A program made the position numbers and the translations under genes. This document shows positions 10,601 through 20,137 of a stretch of DNA of 64,000 nucleotides, in pieces (position 1 is the first letter of the stretch; each line of letters begins with the position of its first letter). The notes under the pieces were generated by a model. The model worked only from the letters and a program-made list of their open reading frames with translations, did no database searches and had not been told where the DNA came from. The stretch is from Azolla caroliniana (taxonomy: Eukaryota; Plantae; Polypodiophyta). The stretch lies in NCBI GenBank assembly GCA_043228905.1, contig JBHGNT010000005.1:6386001-6450000 (forward strand), read 5' to 3'.

Positions 10601-11110
10601 ACCGGTTTCCATCCTCGTTGGTCGGTGATCGACACCCCAGAGCTACCTACCAACCCTCGTGCCGAGGATCATTTGGAGAGGCTACGCAAGATCCAGATGG
10701 ATCTCTCTACTCACCTTCGTCATGCTCAACACACACAGAAGACTTATGCGGATCGTCATCGGATTCCCTCCTCTTTTGCCATCGGAGATCGAGTATGGCT
10801 CTTACGTCGTCACATCAAGACTACTGGACCGTGCGACAAGTTGGATTATCGACGACTCGGTCCCTTCCGTATTACGGGTAAGATTAATGATGTCACACCG
10901 CCGCCCCTGTTGGAGTTGGACGCCGGCCCGGAGTATGAAGTTGCTGCCATCCTCGATTCCAAACTTGTTCGCAACAAACTTTATTACTTGGTCGATTGGC
11001 TCGGTTATAGTCCGAGCGAACGTACTTGGGAACCCGTCGAGCATGTTGCCAATGCACAGGATCTTCTTGCTGATTTCCACCGAAAGTATCCGGACAAACC
11101 CGGTCCGTAA
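7674..11110 (+). pseudogene. pol: Chromovirus pol: protease, RT, RNase H, integrase, chromodomain (disrupted)
   Basis: LLDSGA; [22 protein letters not shown]; EADASDFALG; LDFITDL..SDRGPQF..GQAER; EYEVAAILDSK..YLVDWLGY..TWEP. Confidence 0.94.
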
Positions 11111-11154
11111 TTAGCGCCGACTCGTTCCACTCGTCGTCTTCAAGGGGGAGATAG

Positions 11155-11610
11155 TGTCATGATATGGCAAGACTCAAACCCATGACCTTATGCTACATGG
11201 GTCGAGCTCTTACCATTAGACTATGAATTGTAATTTGTAGGATATTATTTTCATTTATGCTTTATCATAGAAAATTGATGTATATTACAGATCTCTCTAG
11301 AACATTCTAGAAGCTTAAGGATTATTCCTAAAAACACTATAAAAGGAGGCACAAGGCATTGTTTTGAACCAAATTGGTTCAACGCCAGTCTTAAGCCTCT
11401 TAGCCAATTGTACTTATCTTTTCACATAATATAAGAGCTGTTGTCATCATCCTTCTCTCTCTCTCATTCTCGTTATCTCTCTCTCTCTCTCTCTCTCTCC
11501 TCTTCTCACTTCCTCTCTCGGGAATCTTACGCAGTCCCGTCCCCTTAGTACTAATAGTACTGCTCTTCTTTAGTACTAATTCCATCTCTGCTTTAGTACT
11601 ATTCCTGACA
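11155..11610 (+). repeat. 3' LTR of chromovirus
   Basis: Near-identical to 6026-6479. Confidence 0.95.
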
Positions 11611-12605
11611 CTGGCTGACGGTGCTAGAAGGGCTCGCCGGTGCACGACTAAGGAAAGACGAGGCGGACCGCGCGGAAAAACGGGTCCGAGAGGTAACCGG
11701 GTGGAGTGACCCGGTGGAAGAAAAGACGGGCTTCGTCGAAGCCGCTTGTCAAAACTACGAGGCTCTGGTGGAGGACAAGCGGGTAGGGAAAACCGGAGGG
11801 GCCGGGCCCTCGCAACGATATGAAACCTGATTCGGGCAAAGGTGGAATGAGGCCGGTGTAACCGGCGCCCAAGATAATCCCAAGAAGGGCGGGTACCGGC
11901 TGGGCACAGAAATCGAAAGATCCACGGACCTGCGAAAGGTCCTGGAAGAGCGAATCCTCGTCAACAAGGTGGAGCCGTCGTTAGGGAAGTGCTCGGGATC
12001 GCTAAGAAGGAGTTCCACGACTCCATCGTAGACTTGGTGAAGAGGAAGAGGCTGTCGACGGAGACAGAATTGGAGAAGCCGGTGGAGGTGCAGACGACGC
12101 ACATAGAGGACATGGCGCTGGAAGACGAGTTGGCGGAGAGCCACTATTCGAGGCCGCACTGGGCCAGAGAGACCACGGAGACCCCCGTGAAGATCGGAGA
12201 TGTTCATGAACCGGTGGTGGCGTTGGTGGACCACGGTTCAGAAATCAGTTTGATGTCCATGGACTTCTACAAGAAGGGGAAATGGCCGATCAACACCAAG
12301 CATGGGTGGAAAATACGGGCAGCGACACGTGCCATCGAAGAACTGCATGGTGCCTACCCGAATGTACGAGTTAAGATCGGCGATGTCGAGATTGACCAGC
12401 ACTTCTTCGTGCAAGAGATGTCCTCACATCCGGTTATACTAGGAGAACCGTACATCACGGCAGCACGGATGGAGACCAAGGTGCTGGACAACAGCTCGGC
12501 CTATGCAAGGGTCAAGAGCCAGGATGGGCGCCACTCGGTCCAGTTCCTGATGGTGAGACCGAACCATGAGCGGAACCGAGAGACCCTCGGGAGCGAAAGC
12601 CGAGA

Positions 12606-12677
12606 GGATTTTTAGAGAGGGCTATCAATGCGTGGGGCCGCGATAGTCCGGACACTCCAGGAAAACCCCACAAGTGT
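12606..12677 (+). promoter_or_regulatory. Putative -1 programmed ribosomal frameshift signal (G GAU UUU plus structured RNA)
   Basis: Heptamer directly before the gag-PR stop. The -1 frame is open into RT. Stem 12619-12626/12642-12649. Confidence 0.7.
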
Positions 12678-15600
12678 ACGATAGCGAAGAAGACCTGTAC
12701 TATAAGTAGGAAATTTTGGTTCTACGACAACGGAGGGTGTACGATAGTCGACGTCGTTGGCCGGAAGAAGAGAAGGGCGGAGGAGCGACTTCGGGCATGT
12801 GATATCCTCGACCCTGGAGAGGAAATTAACGGAGCCGTGGAGGCAGTCTCTTTCGACGATACCTTGGGGGAGCTGCGAAAGGTAGTTGGAGGAGTCCTTA
12901 AAGAGGACCGAACGATTCCGGTATGTTCGGAAAGGATGTACGAAGTCATCGTGGACTTCAGTAGAGGGCTCGAGTCGGATCGGACGGCCCGGGTGGACAC
13001 GAAGTACAAGACGGTGGACCGGAAGGTGAGGCCTGTCGCGGCACCCTTGCCGGAGGGCAGCGAGGGGCGGTTAAAAGGGGTTGCGTCGGACCCAAGTTTA
13101 CGGAATCCGGTCGGCATAGGGCACCGGTTCACCGACATAACACTACGGGAGCTCAAGGTCGGTGGGGGTGGCTTCCTACTACCGGCGGAGGAGGACCGGT
13201 TTCGGAGAATGCTCGGGAGGCACGAGAAGGTTTTCGCATTCTCACTGGAGGAGATCGGGTGTGTAGACCCGACAGTTGTCGAACCGATGGTGATCTTCAC
13301 GGTACCGCATGTATCGTGGAATGTCAAGCCGATTCCAGTGCCAAGAGCTCACATCCCGAAGTTGATGGAGCTCCTAAAGCAAAAGGTGGAGATGGGCATC
13401 CTTGAACCGTCCAATGCCCCATATTTGAATCGGTGGTTTACCGTCCCGAAGAAGGATGGCACGCTGCGCTTTATTCAAGACCTGCAGCTGGTCAACAAGG
13501 TGACCATTCGAAATGCAGGAATTAGACCGACAATAGACGAGTTCGCGGAGGCCTTTGCCGAAAGGTCGATTTACTCGGTCGGTGATCTCTACTCGGGGTA
13601 CGATCAGTTCCAGTTGGCCATAGAGAGCAGAGACATCACGACAATGCGAACTCCTCTCGACCTAGTATGGATGTGTACCCTACCGCAAGGAGGGACGAAC
13701 TCGGTGGCTCACATGGTGAACGCAATGAACAAGGTGTTGAGGGATTGTATTCCGGACATCACCATGCCGTTTTTGGACGACGTCCCGATCAAGGGATGCC
13801 CGGTGGAGGAAAGGGACGAAATGATCGAACCAGACGGGTGCCGGAAATTCGTGGCGACGCACATCGATGACTGCAAAAGGGTGCTGCAGAGGTTAGAGGG
13901 CGCGAGGCTCACCTTTTTCGGGGGAAAATCGGCCTTCGGGCAATCTGAGATCATGGTCGTTGGACACCTATGCGGGTCGTACGGCCGAAAACCGTCTCCG
14001 GCTAAGGTAGAAGCCATCTCCGTGATGAAGCCCAACTGTAGCTCGATCACGGAGGTTCGGAGGTTCTTGGGAGCATGCGCGTTCTACCACATATGGATCC
14101 CGCATTACGCCCACGTCGCGGAGCTGTTATACGGGTTGCTGAAAAAGGGGCGAAAATTCGAGTGGAGAGACGAGCATACGGAGTCTGTCCAGAAGATGAA
14201 GGAAGCACTTGCCGCGGCTCCGGCGCTCCGAAAGGTTGTCTACGGAAAGAGCACTCCAATTTACGTAACGGTAGACACGAGTTCGATCGAGGACGGCATG
14301 CGTTTCCCTATCTGGTTCGGCGCGAAGGTCCTCAGCGAGCGACAACGAGGATACGCCCAGGTTAAACGCGAGCTCTGGGGTATTGTTTCGGCGGTAAAGG
14401 CCGATAAAGACTACCGGATCGGGACAGAGGTAATTATCGAGATGGACTGCCTGCCGATTCTTGGCATGGTTTCCGGATGAGCGACGCCAGACCTGGCAAT
14501 GCTCAGGTGGATAGCGTACATCAAGTCCCTGAATCTGGAAATATGACACATTTCCGGGAAAGACAATGCCATGGCCGACATGCTTTCAAGGGCGAGGTTC
14601 GAAAACGAGGGCGGCCTGGTTTCGGAGGACGAGGAAGTCGGCGTGGACTTCTTCGAGGCGGCTTACGTAACAACCGGCAGGGAATGCTCTCCAACGCTTA
14701 ACGATTTCGACGAGAGCAAGTAAAACGGGGTGTGGTTGCAGATCGGCGGGTTCTTGAAAACAATGACACCGGATGCGGCATGGACAAGGGATGAGGCCAA
14801 CCGGATTCGGAAGAAAGCATACCGATTCTTCCTCCGGGACGGGTACATATGGAAGCACCCGAAGAAGAGGAATGACATCTCGCTCCGAGTGGTGGCGAAG
14901 AAGGAGGAACAGGAGGATTTACTGGCGGCGTACCACTATAGTCCTTGGGCTGGACACCGCGGAACGTGGGCCACGTTCGAAAAGCTAAAGGGGAAGTACT
15001 CGTGGCCGGGACTATACCGGGACGTGCATTGGTTCGTGACGACTTGCGAAAGCTATCAGCTGCACTCCATGATCCGACACTGGGACGAGCTTCACCCGAC
15101 CTACCCTCCGATCGTCCACTTCAAGTGGATGGTGGATTAGGTAACGATGCCAATAGGGGTAGGACAGATGCGGTATCTGGTGCTGGCTCGGGAAGATCTA
15201 ACGAACCAGGTTGAAGGCCGAGCCCTGCAGAACAAGACGACTGCAGCTGTGTGCCGGTTTTTGATTGAGGACGTGATATGTTGATATGGGTGCGTAGGGA
15301 AGATCGTGGCTGACCGTGGCGAGTTGGACGCAGAAGAGGCCGAAGAGTTGTTCGACCGGCTAGGAGTCAATCTTTCGCTCACCACAGCGTACAATCCGGA
15401 GGCGAATGGGAAGGTAGAGCGCGGACACGGGCCGATTGTCAAAGCGCTAGTACGGGCGTGCGGAAGCCAAGTCGGGAACTGGCCACGACTGCTACCTTAT
15501 GCCTTGTGGGCGAACCGGACTACGCACAGTTCAGTAACCGGGTTCATGCCGGCAGAGCTTATGTTTGGACAGAAGCCGATCATGCCAACAGAGCGAACGA

Positions 15601-16070
15601 TCTCCTTGTGGGCCACGATGGACTGGAGGGATGAGATGAGTCGGGAGGAACTGTTGGTGGCACGGATTCGACAGTTCGAGCGGAGGCCGGAGGACGTAGA
15701 GCGAGCCGCGGAGAAACTTCGGGTAGCGAGGATAAGGAACAAAGCCCGGTTTGACCGAACACACCGGCTCCAGCCAAGGAAGATCGAGGAAGGCGACTGG
15801 GTGCTAGTCTACGACAGCAGCCTCGACAATCAGCACAGGGCCACGTGGAAGTTTGCGAGGAGGTGGTTTGGGCCTTACGTAGTAACATGCGCCAACGACA
15901 ATGGGACGTACAATCTCGCGGAGCTCAACGGTACGAGAATGGCGATACCGGTAGCGGGGAAGAGGATCAAAGCGTTCAAGAAACGACACGACGGTGAGCC
16001 GGAGCTAGGGGGCATGGACAACAACGACAAGCAGCCCGAGGCGGAGGACGAACCGGTAAACGAGGAATAA
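12612..16070 (+). pseudogene. pol: G1 pol: RT, RNase H, integrase (disrupted)
   Basis: GDLYSGYDQF, LPQGGTNS, PFLDD; YAQVKRELWG; HRG..C; ADRGE..YNPEANGKVERGH; WFGPY. Confidence 0.92.
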
Positions 16071-16146
16071 ATGCAAGGACCGGATTTCTCTAGTAGGAAC
16101 CCAATTTTGGCGCATACCGGTGGATGCGCGGTTAGGTGGGGGTGGA

Positions 16147-16821
16147 TGTCGTGAGGAAAACCGTCCCCAGGCGCAAACCGTGTGTAGCGTGTGTGAACCG
16201 GCCCTTACACGTGGGTACACCCCCTGTTGTATAGTAGATAGGTAGGCACAAAAGTCAAATCCTAGGTAGCAATATTCTATAGGGAGAATCGAGGAGTATC
16301 TCTGTCCGAAAGGACAGAGAATTAATGTGATGTATACGGGTGAAAACGGTCTCCCTCCTTGAGATATAAAAGAGAGGGGGATCGCGGGGGGAAAGGGGGA
16401 TGAAGTGCTGTCGGATTGGGACCGAGCCCTTCTCTAGCATTCTCCATAGCTTTCCTTTGCGCAGGTTCTCGAGAGACTGATTCTGCTGCGTGGAACGCCC
16501 GTGTGCTTCCGGCAGAATCTCCATCTTTCTCCCCTGCGCACGTGGGTGATCAGGCGTCGGTATCCGTCTAGCCGACCTAATCGGTTGTAACCGTTCGCGT
16601 CGTCTGCATACATATATTTAAATACATACACTGGTGTTCTTATACTCTATTCCCCGTTCAACTCGTGTCTCCTGTGTTGTTGGGGCGTGTTCCCGTGCGC
16701 TTGTCTGTCTATACTTGTGTGAGCATGTCTCTCTCTCTCTCTCTCCCTTTTCTCACCTATTCCTCGGTCCAAGACCCCCGTGGTCTCGCCCTTCTCCACG
16801 CACGTGCATAATAACGTGACA
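16147..16821 (+). repeat. 3' LTR of G1 gypsy
   Basis: Follows PPT GGTTAGGTGGGGGTGGA; TGTCGTGAGG...AACGTGACA. Confidence 0.93.
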
Positions 16822-16916
16822 CCGTACCTGGTTGTTGTGAATGTGAACAAGATGCTCGAGAGGGATCGATTTGTGCTAGAATGGCTTGAGCGAAAACATC
16901 TATCAAGTCCTCACGT
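16822..16916 (-). pseudogene. Short chromovirus pol fragment (RH-IN linker)
   Basis: DVFAQAILAQIDPSRASCSHSQQPGT matches DSFAQDILAHIDTSRASCSRSQQPGI at 9780-9855. Confidence 0.8.
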
Positions 16917-17470
16917 TGTCGTGTTGTTACGCTCTCACATGTGAAATGAGGCGGGACCACGAGGGCCCTGAACCAAGGAGTGTGAGAAAGAAGACGGAGA
17001 GCGATTCACAAAAACACAGAGAGAGAGAGACGAGAACAAAAGATTCAATTACAATGTCAACAACGATTACAACCGGCAAACCGGCAACAGACCCAAAACG
17101 GAGGTCCCACGCACACACACAAACGACACAGAGAACGCACGGTGGAGCCTCTGCTGGAAGCACATGGGCTTACACGCAGCAGAGGCAACCGACACAGAAA
17201 CGTAGTGGAGAGCAATGGTTGAGTAGGAGAGAGCTCGGTTCCCAATCCGACAACACTTTGTCCTCGCCAAAACGCGATATTATCTTTTTCTTCTCCCCTC
17301 CCTTTTATAGGTCGCCGAGGAGGCCGTTACATCAAACACATCAACTTTATTCTCTGTCCTTTCGAATAGAGATACACATCGATTCCCTAGACAATTAATA
17401 CGCTTCCTAGTACATATGTACATAAGCCAATCTATTCCTAGCTATGTACAATCCATAAACACACACATGC
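16917..17470 (-). repeat. Truncated LTR of a related Trp-type gypsy family (G2)
   Basis: U5 terminus (revcomp ..GCGTAACAACACGACA) with the GGCGGGACCAC motif. Homologous to 23410-23670 and 23671-24010. Confidence 0.8.
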
Positions 17471-19866
17471 GCGTGGGGCCGAGACCCCACGGCTGTACGA
17501 TAGGTAGGAAATTTTGCTTCTCCAACCATGGAGGGTGTATGCTAGTCGGCATCGTTGGCCGAGAAAAGGCAAGGGCGGAAGTGCAACTTCGAGCGAGCGG
17601 AGTTCTCGGCCCGGGCGAGGAAATCAGCGGGGCCGTGGAGGCGGTCTCCTGCGACGACACCTTGGGGATGCTGAGGAAGGTAGCCGGAGAAGACCTTAAC
17701 GAAGACCGGACGATACCGGTATGTTCCGAAGAGATGTACGAAGTCATCGCGAACTTCAGCCAGGGGCTCCGGTTGGATCGGACGGCCCGAGTTAGCACGA
17801 AGTACAAGACTGTGGACTGGAAGGTAAGGCTAGTCGCGGCACCCTTACCGGAGGGCAGCGAGCCCCGAAACAGAGGGGTTGCGTCGGACCCCAGTTTACG
17901 AGATCCGGCCTGCATAGGACACACCTTCACCGACGGGACGCTCCGGGAGCTCAAGATTGGTGGGGGTGGGTTCCTACTGCCGGCGGAGGAGGACCGGTTT
18001 CGGAGAATGCTCGGAAGGCACGGGAAAGCCTTCGCATTTTCGCCGGAAGAGATCGGGTGCGTAGACCCGACAATTGTGGAGCTGATGGTGATATTCACGG
18101 TACCGCATGTGCCGTGGAATCTCAAGCCGATTCCGGTACCAAGAGCTCACATCCCGGAGTTGATGGAGCTATTGAGGTAGAAAGTCGATATGGGTATTCT
18201 CGAACCGTCGAGCGCGCCATACTCGAACCGATGGTTTACCGTACCAAAGAAAAACGGAACATTGCGCTTCATTCAGGACCTACAGCCGGTCAACAGAGTG
18301 ACCATTCAGAACGCAGGGATCGGACCGACCATAGACGAGTTCGCGGAGGCCTTCGCCGGAAGGTCGATTTACTCGGTCGGTGATTTGTACTCGGGGTACG
18401 ACCAGTTCCAGCTAGCCGTGGAGAGCAGAGACATTACGACGATGCGAACTCCCCTCGGTCTAGTGTGAATGTGTACCCTGCCACAAGGAGGGACCAACTC
18501 AGTGGCCCACATGGTGAATGCAATGAACAAGGTACTGAGGGATTGCATCCCGGACATCACCATGCCATTTCTGGACGACATCCCGATAAAGGGGTGCCCG
18601 GTGGAAGAGAAGGACGAGACAGTCGGGCCGGATGGATGCCGGCGATTCGTGGCAACACACATCGACGACTGCGAGAAGGTGCTACAAAGGCTAGAGGATG
18701 CGAGGCTCACCTTCTCCGGGGAGAAATCGGCCTTCGGGCAATCAAAAATCCTGGTGGTCGGACACCTGTGTGGACCGTATGGCCGGAAGCCGTCTCCGGC
18801 AAAGGTAGAAGCCATCTCCGCGATGAAGACCGACTGTAGCTCGGTTACGGAAGTTCGGAGGTTCCTGGGGGCGTGCGCATTCCACCACATATGGATCCCG
18901 CATTACGCCCACGTTGCGGAGCCACTATACGGGTTGCTGAAGAAGGGGCGAAAATTCGAGTGGCGAGACGAGCACATGGAGTCGGTCCGGAAGCTGAAGG
19001 AAGCTCTTGCGGCAGCACCGGCGCTCCGGAAGGCTGTCTACGAGAAGGGTACCCCGGTATACATAACGGTGGATACGAGTCCGACCGGGATCGGATGGGT
19101 CGTCAACCAAGAAAACGAGGACGGCATTCGGTTCCCGATCCGATTCGGCGCAAAGGTCCTTAGTGAGCGACAGCGAGGGTACGCCTAGGTTAAACGCGAA
19201 CTCTGGGGTATCGTCTCGGCAGTAAAGGCCGACAAAGACTACCTGATCGGGACAAAAGTGATTATCGAGACGGATTGCCTGCCAATTCTCGGCATGGTTT
19301 CCGGATGCGCGACACCGGACCTGGCGATGCTCAGGTGGATAGCGTACATCAAGTCCCTGGACTCGGAAATACGACACATTTCCGGAAAAGACAACGCCAT
19401 GGCTGACATGCTTTCGAGGGCGAGGTTTGACGACGAGAGCAAGTACGACAGCGAGTGGCTACAGATTGGTGGGTTCTTGAGGACAATGACGCCGGATGCG
19501 TCGTGGACGAGAGACGAGGCCAACCGGATCCGGAAAAAAGCTTACCGATTCTTTCTCCGGGACGGATACTTATGGAAGCACCCGAAGAAGAGGAATGGCA
19601 TCCCGCTCCGGGTGGTGGCGATGAAGGAAGAACAGGAGGAGCTGCTGACGGCCTACCACGACAGCCCTTGGGCTGGACACCGTGGAACGTGGGCCACGTT
19701 CGAGAAGATAAAAGGGAAGTACTGGTGGTCGGGACTGTACCGGGACGTGCATCGGTTCGTAACAACTTGCGAGAGCTGTCAGATGCACTCCATAGTCCGG
19801 CATCGGGACGAGCTTCACCCTACGTACCCTCCAACCATCCACTTCAAATGGATGGTAGATCTGGTT
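17470..19866 (+). pseudogene. pol: Second G1-like pol fragment (RT, RNase H, integrase N-terminus)
   Basis: Paralogous to 12630-15140; PFLDD; TVDTSPTGIG. Confidence 0.9.
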
Positions 19867-20137
19867 TACGAACAGGCATCGACATCTGTTCTCCGGCCTG
19901 TTCAGTTGTAACCGACTTCGTGCTTCTTGTTGTTTGTCTTGTTTATATATATTTTACATACATTCGTGTCTCTCTATGTCGCTGTCGCACTCGCGTCTCT
20001 GTGTCGAAGGGCCGTGTCCCTATGAATCTACGCTCGCACGTAGTGGGTCCCTTCCCTTCTCCTTTCTCTCTTGCTCTTCGGTTCGAGACCCCCGAGGTCC
20101 CGCCTCATTCCACGCATCCGCGAGGAATACCTCGACA
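19867..20137 (+). repeat. 3' part of another Trp-type gypsy LTR
   Basis: Ends GAGACCCCCGAGGTCCCGCC..CCACGCA..CTCGACA, the same U5 motif as other LTRs of this group. Confidence 0.7.

Larger units (their letters stand above)
6026..11610 (+). mobile_element. Tcn1/Tf1-like chromovirus (Ty3/gypsy with chromodomain), full length, TSD CTGGC
   Basis: LTRs 6026-6479 and 11155-11610 (5 substitutions plus a CT-repeat indel seen). TSD CTGGC at 6021-6025 and 11611-11615. PPT AAGGGGGAGATAG at 11142-11154. Order gag, PR, RT, RH, IN, chromodomain. Confidence 0.96.
4900..12615 (+). pseudogene. gag: G1 gag-protease ORF, split by the insertion 6026-11610, with stops and frameshifts
   Basis: ORF 4900..5688, then zinc knuckle CMWCDAVGHIQKDC. 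Resumes at 11611; aspartic protease VALVDHGSEI...VILGEPY in 11989..12615. Confidence 0.88.
4185..16821 (+). mobile_element. tRNA-Trp-primed non-chromovirus Ty3/gypsy (Phygy-like, family G1), near full length, containing a nested chromovirus; probably recombinant
   Basis: LTRs 4185-4855 and 16147-16821 (TGTCG...GACA), PBS 4861-4878, gag-PR, RT-RH-IN, PPT before 16147. CCGT on both sides. Confidence 0.92.
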
